Notes under the pieces: generated by a model | What the model saw: only the letters and a program-made list of their open reading frames with translations | Database searches by the model: none | What the model was told of the DNA's origin: nothing | Program-made: the position numbers and the translations under genes | Assembly (NCBI GenBank): GCA_029262515.1 | Contig: JAJCZH010000018.1 | Location: 13,219-77,218, forward strand | DNA length: 64,000 nucleotides | DNA from: Deltaproteobacteria bacterium | Lineage (GTDB): Bacteria; Desulfobacterota; GWC2-55-46; JADFVP01 | Direction of reading: 5' to 3' | Shown: one piece after another, positions 1-10,157 of the stretch | Layout: every line of letters starts with the position of its first letter | How positions within the stretch are numbered: the first letter of the stretch is position 1

Positions 1-2
1 CC

Positions 3-92
3 ACATATAAAATTTACTCTGTGGCAGTTATGGTGGCCGGAGAGGGGGGCAGGGACTATACCCTTATGACCCTGAAGACCGTTTTACAATGA
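3..92 (+). CDS. C-terminal fragment of a probable T2SS minor pseudopilin GspI (truncated by window edge)
   Basis: Open frame TYKIYSVAVMVAGEGGRDYTLMTLKTVLQ* whose TGA overlaps the next ATG (ATGA); sits directly before gspJ-like gene. Confidence 0.5.
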   Translation, partial: TYKIYSVAVMVAGEGGRDYTLMTLKTVLQ

Positions 93-766
93 AGCGGCGC
101 AAGAACAAAAATATAAACGTGCCCGTTATGGCAGATGAGCGCGGGTTTACGCTTCTGGAGACTATTTTAGCACTGTCGATAGTGACGGTGATAGTAGGTG
201 TTCTTCTTATGGCCATGAGGCTCGGGATAAGCTCATGGGAGAAGGGCGGTTATTATGTGGAGGTTACAGGTATGAAGAGGTCGTTGGTGGAAATGCTTAA
301 CAGGGACCTCTCTTCTATTTATCCGTACATGGCGGACAGCGAGTCAGGCGGGAGCGATGAAAAGGAGTTTGTCTTTATGGGTAAGCCCGATTCAATACTC
401 TTTGTTACTTCATCGCGTACAAGCGTTACCATAATCCCATGGGGAGGTTTAAGATGGGTACACTACGGCGTGGATGAAGGCGGCTTTGTAATAAGGGAGA
501 AGACCGTGCCGAGCGAGAGCATGCTTGATGAGGAAGGAGGCGAAAGGTTTGAGATGGAGCCGGGCGTAAGCGCAGTAGATTTTTCGTACTTTGGCGAAGA
601 CGGCTGGGTAGAGTCGTGGAATATGACCGACACACAGAGACTGCCTGGCGCGGTTAAGGCGCGGTTCTCTTTTACGGACGACAGGGAGACACAGTCTATG
701 ATAATACCAGTTGCTTTGATGCAGCCGACCTATAACGGCGGTCTTGCAGAGCAGGGCAGGTTGTAG
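89..766 (+). CDS. gspJ: Type II secretion minor pseudopilin GspJ-like
   Basis: Prepilin motif RG|FTLLE plus hydrophobic helix; C-terminal W..SW...LP.AV motif; gene order. Confidence 0.8.
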   Translation: MKRRKNKNINVPVMADERGFTLLETILALSIVTVIVGVLLMAMRLGISSWEKGGYYVEVTGMKRSLVEMLNRDLSSIYPYMADSESGGSDEKEFVFMGKPDSILFVTSSRTSVTIIPWGGLRWVHYGVDEGGFVIREKTVPSESMLDEEGGERFEMEPGVSAVDFSYFGEDGWVESWNMTDTQRLPGAVKARFSFTDDRETQSMIIPVALMQPTYNGGLAEQGRL

Positions 767-767
767 T

Positions 768-1763
768 ATGGACTTGCGGCCGAATAAGAGCGAAGCAAGA
801 GGCGGCCTTTGGCCAAAAGGGGTGCTTAAGAAGGTGATAGGTTCTGAGAGCGGTTTCTCCATGATCCTAGTTCTTATGGTCGTTGCGCTGCTTATGATAA
901 TAGCCGCCGAGTTCATGTACAGCGTAAGGGTTGAGAGCGGCTCGACACGGAACTTTAAAGACGAGGTCTCAGCGCACGGACTTGCTTTGGCCGGTATAAA
1001 TATGGCCATTGCCGAGATATTGGGAGAGTACGACATAGTCGGGCTCGACGCGACCGGCAGGCTTGCCTTTTACAGTAAAGAGCCGGGTATAGTTCCGCCC
1101 GTACGTGTTGAAACGCGTTTTATCTTCGGCCCCGGAGTGGTAAGCTACTCCATCATCGACGTGAACTCGAGGATTAATCTGAACAACGCCAAGAAAGAGA
1201 CGATAGTGGAGCTATTAAGGGTTACTGGTCAGGTGGACGCCCCCGCCAACATAATAGCGGACTCTATGCTGGACTGGAAAGACCCTAACCACGAGCACCA
1301 CTTAAACGGCGCGGAAGACGATTATTACGAGGCTTTGCCGCAGCCGTACTCTGCAAAAGACGGCCCCTTTGAAACGGTAGAGGAACTTCAGCTTTTACGG
1401 GGCATGAGCAAGGAGATATATTACGGGGTTGATGGTATTAGCAGAGGCATAGGGGAGCACCTTACGGTACATGGCTCCGGCAAGGTCAATATCAATACTG
1501 CCAGCGAGCTTGTTCTTGTAACCAAGTTCGGCAGGGGCCGGGCAGATGAGATACTGCTCAGGCGGCAGACCTCCGGTTACTTTGACCGGGCCGCCTACGG
1601 TGGAGTCATTACTTCAGATACCTTCTCCGTCCGTTCGGTCGGTACGGTTATGGGGTTAAAGGTCGGCATAAGGGCTGTTATAGAGAAACTCGACGGTAAG
1701 GCTGGCGGGCCGCAGAAGATTAAGGTCAAGTTCTGGAAAGAGCAGGGAACTGTAGCATTATAG
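768..1763 (+). CDS. gspK: Type II secretion pseudopilin GspK
   Basis: SG|FSMILV prepilin site lacking Glu+5; RINLN, ILDW-like, GAEDDYY and KVNINTAS motifs; ATG at 768 preferred over TTG 744. Confidence 0.9.
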   Translation: MDLRPNKSEARGGLWPKGVLKKVIGSESGFSMILVLMVVALLMIIAAEFMYSVRVESGSTRNFKDEVSAHGLALAGINMAIAEILGEYDIVGLDATGRLAFYSKEPGIVPPVRVETRFIFGPGVVSYSIIDVNSRINLNNAKKETIVELLRVTGQVDAPANIIADSMLDWKDPNHEHHLNGAEDDYYEALPQPYSAKDGPFETVEELQLLRGMSKEIYYGVDGISRGIGEHLTVHGSGKVNINTASELVLVTKFGRGRADEILLRRQTSGYFDRAAYGGVITSDTFSVRSVGTVMGLKVGIRAVIEKLDGKAGGPQKIKVKFWKEQGTVAL

Positions 1764-1779
1764 TTTTGTATGAGGAAGT

Positions 1780-3165
1780 ATGGATATTTTCGGTGTAGAC
1801 ATAAAGTCCGGCTCATGGATGGTGATACATGTAAAGCGCACGCTATTTGGCGTTAAACTTATTAAGTCCATGGAGTTAAGCTCCGCAGATATTGCCGAAC
1901 GGCTCGATGCGCTGGAGTACTATCTCGCCTCCAGAGGTGGCGGTAACAGTCGTATAGCAATAACACTGCCACGGGGCTCTTATGTCTCAAGGGTGCTCAA
2001 TATACCGGCTCCCGGGGCTGATGCCATAGAAGGCATACTAAAGTTCGAACTCGACAAGCACCTACCGTACCCTGTGGAGGAGGCCTGCTTCTCGTTTGAA
2101 GTATTAAAGAAGGAAAGGAACATCTACACAGTCTACTTTGCCGCCGCCAGAAACGAGTATGTCGACGGCCTTGTCTCGGAGTTTAGTGCACGCAGTATTG
2201 AGCCGTATATTATCGGTGTCGAACAGGCCTCTTTCCTGAATGCGGTACTCTTTAAGAAGAAGGAGTTTGCCTCTTTGAACACAGCCTTTGTACAGGCTGG
2301 AGCAGAGGGTTTTACTCTCGACCTGATACGCGAAAGTGTGCTGGTTTACTCAAAGAGCATATTTACCGGGTCACCGATGAGCGCGGACTGTCTCGACAAG
2401 GTGAGTATGGAACTGAAGGCGGCAACCGCAGGTTTTTCCGACCCCGCCGCATCCGGAGCCAAGATAGACCGCTGTATTGTGGTCTCTGATCAGGAGGTTG
2501 ATAAGGACTTTCTGGCCGAGCTCTCCAAACGGACGAATATAGAAGTAGAGTCTGGAGACTGCTTTAACGGTACTGGCTCTCTCCAAGAAAACCTGCCTGC
2601 TTTCGGGGCGGCTGTTTCAGCCTCTGGCAAGGGCCGTTTCGGCATAGATCTCGGCACCTCAAGGCCTGACAATACTTTATACAATACTGTGGCGCTGGCG
2701 GTTGTTGCCGTACTGTGCCTTGTGGTTGTCGCGGCCTCATATGTCGGAAGGGACGTTATGGCGGTTAACAGGTTTGAGTCTGCGGTCTCTTTGATAAAGA
2801 CAAAGGGTGAAAAGATGCGCGCTCTTACCGAGTCGGCCATAGAGATGGACAAGCGCGTAGGGCTGCTTGAGCATGCAAGGGGTCTCAGGTCTTACGGGGT
2901 TATGGATGTCTTCAAGGAACTTTCGGAGATTGTTCCGTCGAACACGTGGCTTACCGGCTTCGAGTATAAAGGTGAGAGCGTGTTTCTCGAGGGCTTCTCG
3001 CGCAACGCCTCTGCCATGCTCTTTGTGCTTGAGAGGTCACCGATGTTTAAAGACATCGAGTTGACCGGTCAGGTCGTGAAGCGGAACGGCAAAGAGCACT
3101 TTACGCTGAAACTGCGTACAAGACAGCTTGGAGAGGTAAGATTCCCTTCCGGGGAGGGACGATGA
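1780..3165 (+). CDS. gspL: GspL-like assembly protein (PilM-like cytoplasmic domain plus PilN domain)
   Basis: FELDKHLPYP, single TM helix, C-terminal ELSEIVPSNTWLT..LEGFS..LERSPMF PilN-like signature. Confidence 0.75.
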   Translation: MDIFGVDIKSGSWMVIHVKRTLFGVKLIKSMELSSADIAERLDALEYYLASRGGGNSRIAITLPRGSYVSRVLNIPAPGADAIEGILKFELDKHLPYPVEEACFSFEVLKKERNIYTVYFAAARNEYVDGLVSEFSARSIEPYIIGVEQASFLNAVLFKKKEFASLNTAFVQAGAEGFTLDLIRESVLVYSKSIFTGSPMSADCLDKVSMELKAATAGFSDPAASGAKIDRCIVVSDQEVDKDFLAELSKRTNIEVESGDCFNGTGSLQENLPAFGAAVSASGKGRFGIDLGTSRPDNTLYNTVALAVVAVLCLVVVAASYVGRDVMAVNRFESAVSLIKTKGEKMRALTESAIEMDKRVGLLEHARGLRSYGVMDVFKELSEIVPSNTWLTGFEYKGESVFLEGFSRNASAMLFVLERSPMFKDIELTGQVVKRNGKEHFTLKLRTRQLGEVRFPSGEGR

Positions 3166-3761
3166 AGGGCCTAAGCACGATCATAATAAAGGCTTTCAGG
3201 GACAACAGCAGGCTTTTGCCTGCTGTTGTTATAATCGCTGTACTGGTAACGGTCCTTGTGGCGAGATCCATACTCAATTACCATGAGGCTGCGCAAAGGT
3301 CCATAGCCCTCAATGCGGAAAGGTACTCGACTGTCAAGGCCGGGCTTATGCGCAAAGAAGGGCTGGTGGCATCTGTTGACTCTGCAAAAATACGGCTAGA
3401 AGAGCTAGAGCCGGGACTGCTTAAGGCGAAAAAACCGGCCATTGCCGTTGCCGAGATTCAAGAGGCGATAAAGAAGATAGCTGACCGCCGGGGGTTGGCT
3501 ATAATCTCGCAAAAAGCGCTCAAGAGAACGGACAAGGGGCCCTATATAACCGTTTCGGTTGAGCTGCAGGTAAAGACGACTACGCCGCAGTTGAGAAAGG
3601 TACTGTATGACATAATAAAGGCAGACGTTATTATGAACGTCAGCTACTTGAGAGCTAGAGCTTTGAATGAAAAGGGGTCGGGGCGGATAAATGTGACTCT
3701 CGTTGTTGAAGGGCTGATGCTTAAGACAGAGGGAGAGTCCGAGAAAGAACTACGGTCTTGA
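3162..3761 (+). CDS. gspM: GspM/PilO-like inner-membrane assembly protein
   Basis: N-terminal TM, coiled coil, ferredoxin-like C-terminus; overlaps gspL stop. Confidence 0.7.
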   Translation: MKGLSTIIIKAFRDNSRLLPAVVIIAVLVTVLVARSILNYHEAAQRSIALNAERYSTVKAGLMRKEGLVASVDSAKIRLEELEPGLLKAKKPAIAVAEIQEAIKKIADRRGLAIISQKALKRTDKGPYITVSVELQVKTTTPQLRKVLYDIIKADVIMNVSYLRARALNEKGSGRINVTLVVEGLMLKTEGESEKELRS

Positions 3762-4303
3762 CGCACATGCAATTTTCCAAAGATAAATTTCGCATCGTAA
3801 ACATGTTTCTCGCACTCTTTTGCGCGGCAATAGCGATATGGGTCCTTTGGCTGTGGTTACAGCCTAAGGAGAGTCCTTCCCTGTCGGCTGAAGAGACTAC
3901 GTCCCGGCCGGCAGTAAAGGAGGTCGCGAAGATAGAGCTTAAACGCGCGGACGCATATTACGTTATTGAGAGTAAAGATCTTTTCAGGTCGAGCAGGCGC
4001 AAGTACGTGCCCCCGTCGCGCCCAAAGCCTGTTAAGGTAGCTGCTCCGCCCCCGCCTGCGCCTCCGCCTGCGCCAAAGCTTACGCTTGTGGGCACTCTAT
4101 TTCTTGATGATGGGTGGGCAGCTTTAGTAGCTTATGCAGGAAACGCTGCGACCTACTATAAGGTCGGCGACACTCTGCGTGACTTCACCGTTAAGGAGAT
4201 AAGCAAGAATTATATAGTTATTAACAGAGGTGACGAATCGGTCAGGTTTAACATGGATAAGACAGAAAAGAGTAGCACGCCAAGGTGGCCTGTGCAAAGG
4301 TAG
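3758..4303 (+). CDS. GspC/PilP-like T2SS protein
   Basis: TM helix, DLF..SR motif, Pro-rich linker, LTLVGT...YKVGD..VKEIS HR-domain pattern. Confidence 0.6.
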   Translation: MTHMQFSKDKFRIVNMFLALFCAAIAIWVLWLWLQPKESPSLSAEETTSRPAVKEVAKIELKRADAYYVIESKDLFRSSRRKYVPPSRPKPVKVAAPPPPAPPPAPKLTLVGTLFLDDGWAALVAYAGNAATYYKVGDTLRDFTVKEISKNYIVINRGDESVRFNMDKTEKSSTPRWPVQR

Positions 4304-4417
4304 CCGGCGTACGGCGCGTCTTTACGCAGTGTTGGCGTTCGTAAGAGTGCTGTTTTTTACGACAACGTATGCACAGAATTTCTTTAAGCTTTTAACTTAG
4401 AAAGCGATAGTATTAGA

Positions 4418-6619
4418 ATGATAGACAGGTTTTTCAAAGGCTACCACCCTATTGGTAAGGAGTGGGCGAGTATGACGTGCATAAGGATTATTTTGATCCT
4501 GTGTGCAGTCATGCTTCTTATCTCCACACAGACAACCGCCGCAAACGCACGCAGCAGGGCAAAGCCTAATCTGCATAGGCTCCCTATACCTGCTGGTGAC
4601 AAGAAACCGGTAGACTTTTCCGACAAGAAGTCTTCAGAGACCCTACAGGATCCCATGCTGTCAGACGATGCAATCGAGGTAATCGAGTTGCCTAAGTCGT
4701 TACCGACTGCGCCACAAGGCGTGGTAACACCGGAAGCGCGCAAGGCTAAGTCAACAGCCAAGGACGCCGGCACGGTAATGCTCAACTTCAATAACGCTGG
4801 GCTCGGTAGTATCCTTAAGACCGTCGGGAATATTACAGGAAAGAACTTCATACTGGCCCCCGGCGTAAACGCGAAGATATCTATACAGACCACCAAGCCC
4901 ATTTTCAGAGCAGAGGTGTTCGGTATCTTTGAGACGATACTTGATCTGAACGGGCTCGCCGCTGTGAAAACCGGGTCGTATTATATGATTGTGATGTCTT
5001 CAGTTGCGAAACAGCGTCCTATCGACGTGATCGGGGACCGCAAGAGTATTCCCTCCGGTGACAGCATGATAAACCTCATAGTACCGGTGAAGTTCATAAC
5101 GTCGAATGAGCTTATCCAGGTACTAAAACCAATGGCCTCTCCGGCGGGCAACATGGTCAATTATCTCAAGACCAATACGCTGATTATAACCGACACCGCC
5201 TCGAATATGAGGAAGTTCACTAAGCTAATAGATATACTCGACGTGGACCTCTTCAGCAAGATGATTATAGAGCTGATACCCATTGCCAATGTAGATGTAA
5301 AGACCTTCGCTAAAGAGCTCTCTGATGTGCTCGGCGCCTTTGGCTATGGTACTAATTCGACTCAGCTCTCTGTCGTGCCCATTGAGCGGTTAAACAGCGT
5401 AATGCTTATGAGCCAGAGCCCTAAGATAATGGACTCGGCTAAACAGTGGATAAGCAAGCTCGACAGCAGCACGTCCTCCGAAGGAAATCAGATAAACATA
5501 TATTACGTACAGAACGATAAGGCGTCTAATTTAAAGACATTCCTTGAGCAGATATTCGAAGATACCAAGGGGCCGTCCGCTTCGGCATTCAACGCGAAGG
5601 CCAGAGTAACGCCTGGTGTTACCGTATCCACCTTGAGCGCTCAGTCGGAACGCGCGGCAACGGGAAGCAAGAAACTTAATATATACCTCTATGAACCTAC
5701 CAATGCGCTCATCATATATTCATCGAGACGGGACTACCAGAACATACTCAGTACCCTCAAAGAGCTTGACCGCCCCCCGAAACAGGTCCTTATCGATGCT
5801 CTTATCGCCGAGATAAAGCTCGATGAAACTACGAAGTACGGCATACAGTGGTCCGTACTGAACGGACACGCAAACATACAGCAGAACACAGGGGTAGTTT
5901 CAAGCACCCTGTCTAACGCAGCCAATGCGATAAGCCCTCCGTTTGGCGTGGCAGCCCCTACGGGTCTGAGCGTATTGGCCACCGACGCGAGCAAGTTCTT
6001 CGGTGTCCTGCAGGCGCTGGCAACCAAGGGCAAGGTAAACGTGCTCAGCAATCCGCACATACTGGTCAAGAATTATGAGAAGGCCACTATCAACATAGGT
6101 AGCGATGAGCCGGTGGCAACTCAGTCAACGCAATCTGCTGTAACCGGCACCGCCAGCCTCATTCAAAGTATTGAGTATAGAAAGACAGGCATCATCCTGA
6201 CGGTAAGCCCCCAGATAGCCGAGGGCGGGATGGTCGCGATGAATGTTAGGCAGGAGGTCAGTGATAAGTCGACCGACAGAACAGTAGGCAACGCGGTCTA
6301 TCCTTCGTTTTCGCAAAGAGAGGCTGAGACGACGGTTGTGGCCAAGAATAACGAGATGCTTGTTATAGGCGGCCTTATGCAGGAGAAGCACGACAGGAGC
6401 AACAGCGGCATACCTCTTTTAAAAGATATTCCATTTTTCGGTAATCTGTTTAAGTTTAGCAGCATTGTCGACAGCAAGACGGAGCTTTTAATACTTATTA
6501 CTCCCAGGGTGATATCGAACTCTGAAGAGGCTTCAGATATGAGCAATGAAATGCAAGACAAGCTTGGTGATTTAAGGGATTTGCTCGGTCAAAGAAAGAC
6601 TGGTGTGGTCGTCGAATAA
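4418..6619 (+). CDS. gspD: Type II secretion secretin GspD
   Basis: N0 LNFNNA..TGKNF, repeated N domains (TNTLIITD, LNSV, TNALII), QVLIDALIAE, GIPLLKDIPFFGNLF, TELLILITPRVI; true start may be 4472. Confidence 0.95.
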   Translation: MIDRFFKGYHPIGKEWASMTCIRIILILCAVMLLISTQTTAANARSRAKPNLHRLPIPAGDKKPVDFSDKKSSETLQDPMLSDDAIEVIELPKSLPTAPQGVVTPEARKAKSTAKDAGTVMLNFNNAGLGSILKTVGNITGKNFILAPGVNAKISIQTTKPIFRAEVFGIFETILDLNGLAAVKTGSYYMIVMSSVAKQRPIDVIGDRKSIPSGDSMINLIVPVKFITSNELIQVLKPMASPAGNMVNYLKTNTLIITDTASNMRKFTKLIDILDVDLFSKMIIELIPIANVDVKTFAKELSDVLGAFGYGTNSTQLSVVPIERLNSVMLMSQSPKIMDSAKQWISKLDSSTSSEGNQINIYYVQNDKASNLKTFLEQIFEDTKGPSASAFNAKARVTPGVTVSTLSAQSERAATGSKKLNIYLYEPTNALIIYSSRRDYQNILSTLKELDRPPKQVLIDALIAEIKLDETTKYGIQWSVLNGHANIQQNTGVVSSTLSNAANAISPPFGVAAPTGLSVLATDASKFFGVLQALATKGKVNVLSNPHILVKNYEKATINIGSDEPVATQSTQSAVTGTASLIQSIEYRKTGIILTVSPQIAEGGMVAMNVRQEVSDKSTDRTVGNAVYPSFSQREAETTVVAKNNEMLVIGGLMQEKHDRSNSGIPLLKDIPFFGNLFKFSSIVDSKTELLILITPRVISNSEEASDMSNEMQDKLGDLRDLLGQRKTGVVVE

Positions 6620-6988
6620 GGGATATATAGACAGGTCAGGCAGTATTCTACTTTACACCTCTTGATGTCTGAAAAACCAGTCGAAAAGAATATTTGAAAA
6701 AAGTATAGCCGTGCCGGTTAGCAGGCTATCCACACCTGCAACTACAAGTATTAACACGGGTTGGACTTGAACTGTTGGCCATGGTGCATTGGGTTGTGAG
6801 AAAGGATATACCGCGATGATCTTGGTTAAGATCTTTTCCTTAACTTAACCGATACGCTTGGTTATTTAACTTACTTTGTCTCAGTATAGGGGTTCACCCC
6901 ACCCCACTGTTCTAAAATTGTGCTAAAAGGAATCCAAAAGAGCATAAAATAACAGAAGTGATTTTGTTGAAGTGATCTGACAATTAGT

Positions 6989-7027
6989 AAAGGCCCGTCT
7001 ACTCGTAAGAGTAGACGGGCCTTTTTT
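6989..7027. terminator. Bidirectional intrinsic terminator
   Basis: aaaggcccgtctactc-gtaa-gagtagacgggccttt plus T-run, between convergent operons. Confidence 0.85.
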
Positions 7028-7052
7028 GTTTACGCTAAGTTTAGTGGAGCCG

Positions 7053-9101
7053 TTAGTGGCCGTTTTCGTAGTCGGCCTCGGTTCTGGTCCTCGGGTAGTG
7101 AGGTTTCGGTTCCGGCTTTACGGGTTCGAACCTCTTTACCTGCACCATGTGCGGGTTATGGCACTCCGTGCAGACCCACCATCTCTTCTTTCCGCCTTCG
7201 GTCCACATGCCTATTCTCTTGCCGTGAATTCCGTCGCGCCAGTCGCTGTAGATCTGGCCGTGGCACTTGCCGCAGAGCCTCTGGGGCTGGTTGAAACTGA
7301 TCTCATTGCCCTTATGGTCGATCAATGTATCCCTGTTTCTGGGATTGTGGCAGTCGAGGCACCATATGGCGCCCCTGCCGTGCTGGAGGCTCATAGAGTC
7401 TTCAACGATGTCCTGGTGCATGCCGATTAAGCGCGGCTCCTTGCTCTTCGGATAAGGTACGGTAACTCCGTCGTGGCAGTTGGTGCAGGGCATAAACCAC
7501 TTTAGCTGCTTTGTCCTCGGCTTGACTACCGCCTCTTCATGGTCGTAGGCGCCCTCTACCGGCATCTTACCCATCGGCCAGGTGCCGTCAAAAGGGTCTC
7601 CGAACCAGAGCACGGCGCCTGTCGTCTTTGAGCATTTTATGTTCGTCTCCCCGGTGTCGATCTCTCTTCTTTGCCGTGTTGAGTAGACCTCTCTGCTCTC
7701 GAAACACTCTGAAGGCTCTTCGAGCATGGCCGGCTCTTCGGTCCCGTGCCCGGCCTGTTTATCCGACGCGGAGACAATTGAAGGTATGGTAATGAGTGCG
7801 GCCGAGATGCAGATAGCGAGTATGTGCAGGCTCTTTTCGATAGCGCGCCCTCTCTTCTTCCACTGGTTCGAGAAGCTCCACTCACTCTTGGACTGTGCTT
7901 TAACGTCCCCGGAGACGACGCCTATGGCCGCTCTCGTCATAACGGTAAAGAGGAAGAGACCCGTGGCCCAGACCCCGAGCACGTTAATGATCTCAATGCC
8001 CGACGGTGTGTACTCAGAGAACTCGCCTATTGGCGTCGGTATGAAGGCCGGTACGACGAGGCCCATGCCCTTGTCTATCCAGATGCCCACAAATGTGCAG
8101 ACGCAGGCGAGCGGCAGCCAGAAGGTATGGTGTTTTCTCAGGCGAGGAATAATGAAGATGAAGAATGAGAAGAGCAGCAGAATGACGGCTGCTTTGTACC
8201 ATATCGTAAGGCCCGTAAAGCCTTCATGCCCTACGATAAGGTATTGTAGCGAGAAGGAGTGTTCGGTTACGTGGTAGAGTTCGGTGACTACCTCCGAGAG
8301 GCCGAGAAAGATAACGATTGCCAGGGCCCAGCCCACGATCTGAGAGAGCGTATCTATGGCTCTATCATGTATCTTGAACTTGGTCATGCTCCTTACCAGC
8401 AGGAAGGCTATGATAATCATCGACGGGCCGGCCGCAAAGGCGGTCGTTATGAACTTTATCGGCATTATCGAATGGAACCACATCGGTCTCGCCGGCAGCG
8501 TATTGATAAGAAAGGCCGTAACCGTATGTATGGAGACCGCCCATACGATGGAGAGGTAGACGAGCGGTTTGTAGAAGGTATTATTCAACTGTCTGCCGTG
8601 ATACTTCGTATAGAGGAAGTAGGAGGCGGCCAATACATTGATAAAGAAGTAGCCGTTAACTACCAGGACGTCCCATGCGAGTATTGAGTTCGGAAAGTTC
8701 ATTATGCCGACTATAGGCATCATGTGCCACAGCCTGTCGGGCCGTCCCATGTGAAGCATGATAAAGAGCAGCACCATGTAGATAGCCGATATGGCAAGCA
8801 TCTCTCCGATGATATAGACTTCCTTCAGCTCCTTGTGCTTGTAGATGTAAGCGGGAAAGACGACCGTTACGGCCGCCGCCGCCAGACCTACAAGGAAGAT
8901 AAACTGTGATTCGTATATGCCCCAGCTTACCTGGTCGTTGTAGTTGGTCACGATCATGCCGTTTACGGTCTGCAGGTAGGAGCCGTACATCATTGCGAAG
9001 ACCAGCACACAAAGGAAGCCAAGCCATGCATAATATTTCTTTGATCCGCTCGCAAAGGCGTATAACAGAACATCTACAGCGAATTTTGCAATATTTCCCA
9101 C
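7053..9101 (-). CDS. NrfD/PsrC/DsrP-family membrane quinol-oxidising subunit fused to a C-terminal tetraheme cytochrome c
   Basis: VSWGIY, GLAAAA, HMGRPDRLWH, SILAWD, IHTVTAFL and IDKGMGLVVP motifs; after an extra TM helix four CxxCH (CTNCH, CLDCH, CGKCH, CTECH). Confidence 0.85.
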   Translation of the reverse strand: MGNIAKFAVDVLLYAFASGSKKYYAWLGFLCVLVFAMMYGSYLQTVNGMIVTNYNDQVSWGIYESQFIFLVGLAAAAVTVVFPAYIYKHKELKEVYIIGEMLAISAIYMVLLFIMLHMGRPDRLWHMMPIVGIMNFPNSILAWDVLVVNGYFFINVLAASYFLYTKYHGRQLNNTFYKPLVYLSIVWAVSIHTVTAFLINTLPARPMWFHSIMPIKFITTAFAAGPSMIIIAFLLVRSMTKFKIHDRAIDTLSQIVGWALAIVIFLGLSEVVTELYHVTEHSFSLQYLIVGHEGFTGLTIWYKAAVILLLFSFFIFIIPRLRKHHTFWLPLACVCTFVGIWIDKGMGLVVPAFIPTPIGEFSEYTPSGIEIINVLGVWATGLFLFTVMTRAAIGVVSGDVKAQSKSEWSFSNQWKKRGRAIEKSLHILAICISAALITIPSIVSASDKQAGHGTEEPAMLEEPSECFESREVYSTRQRREIDTGETNIKCSKTTGAVLWFGDPFDGTWPMGKMPVEGAYDHEEAVVKPRTKQLKWFMPCTNCHDGVTVPYPKSKEPRLIGMHQDIVEDSMSLQHGRGAIWCLDCHNPRNRDTLIDHKGNEISFNQPQRLCGKCHGQIYSDWRDGIHGKRIGMWTEGGKKRWWVCTECHNPHMVQVKRFEPVKPEPKPHYPRTRTEADYENGH

Positions 9102-9111
9102 GTTTGACCTC

Positions 9112-10125
9112 TCAATCGATAAAGTAAAAGAATTTAGGGTATGTGTTGAGTTCGGCCTTTAGTCTAAAGACCCTCTTCTTCTCGATAACCTTGCGTATCT
9201 CGCTATTTGGATCGAGAAGGTTACCGAACTTGCGGGCCCCTACCGTACAGCCTTCCACGCAGGCGGTGTATCTGCCCTGCCGGGTTCTCTGAAGGCAGAA
9301 CGTACACTTCTCGGCAACACCCATCATTCTCGGGCGGTTTCCCAGGTAGTGCGTTGTGGGGTTGAGTTCTTCGGCCGGAAGGTTGGGAGCTCCCCAGTTG
9401 AAGCGCCTGGCCCAGTACGGGCAGGCGGTAATGCACATTCTGCAGCCTATGCACCAGTTGTAGTCTATGACGACCACGCCGTCGGGCTCTCTGTAGGTCG
9501 TACGCGCCGGGCAGACCTTGACGCACGGCGGCTTTTCGCACTGCATGCATGCCACAGGGAAGTAGAACTTCCCTTTCTCTGGAACCAGCGGCGGATCGAA
9601 GTAGTGCTCTCCTTCTAGGGTAACTCCGGCGCTTTCGCCTGCAAAGGCCCCTGTCTGTATATCGCCCTCTTGCATCTTTCCTGGCGAGAAGCTGCCTTTC
9701 TCCATCTCAATGACCCTTATCCACTGGATCTGACCCTCGGAGCGTGACTGGTTATTCTCCTTCACGCAAGAGTAGACGCATCTTCTGCACCCGATACACT
9801 TCTGGATGTTGAGCGCCATGCCGAAGAGAACCCCGTCCATTGCCGGGGAGTCGTCTACGGTCACATGCTTTTTGTACTCCTCCGTGTATCTCTTTTCGAG
9901 CCTGGCAATGGCCTCTTTCTTCTCGTCTTGCGTCATAAGCCTGTAGTTCTTCTGGAAGTACTCGGCCCATGTGGAGCGCGCATCGACCTCTTCAGGAGAC
10001 ATCGACTCGGTAGCGCCGATGATTGCCGCGCCGACGGCGCCCATGGCGGCATTTTTTAAGAACTTGCGGCGGCTGTTTACACCGGACCGGTTCTCCTCCG
10101 GCTTCTGATTCTTTTCATTAGACAT
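9112..10125 (-). CDS. NrfC/DsrO-like Tat-exported 4x[4Fe-4S] protein
   Basis: SRRKFLK twin-arginine; CIGCRRCVYSC, CMQCEKPPCVKVCP, CIGCRMCITACP, KCTFC..ACVEGC; FGNLLDPNSEI. Confidence 0.9.
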   Translation of the reverse strand: MSNEKNQKPEENRSGVNSRRKFLKNAAMGAVGAAIIGATESMSPEEVDARSTWAEYFQKNYRLMTQDEKKEAIARLEKRYTEEYKKHVTVDDSPAMDGVLFGMALNIQKCIGCRRCVYSCVKENNQSRSEGQIQWIRVIEMEKGSFSPGKMQEGDIQTGAFAGESAGVTLEGEHYFDPPLVPEKGKFYFPVACMQCEKPPCVKVCPARTTYREPDGVVVIDYNWCIGCRMCITACPYWARRFNWGAPNLPAEELNPTTHYLGNRPRMMGVAEKCTFCLQRTRQGRYTACVEGCTVGARKFGNLLDPNSEIRKVIEKKRVFRLKAELNTYPKFFYFID

Positions 10126-10157
10126 GAAGACCTCTTCTGTTTATATATGAATGGTTC

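Noticed and set aside
7053..10125. DsrOP as evidence of dissimilatory sulfate reduction
   Set aside because: No dsrMK or dsrAB in the window; NrfC/NrfD-family modules serve many pathways
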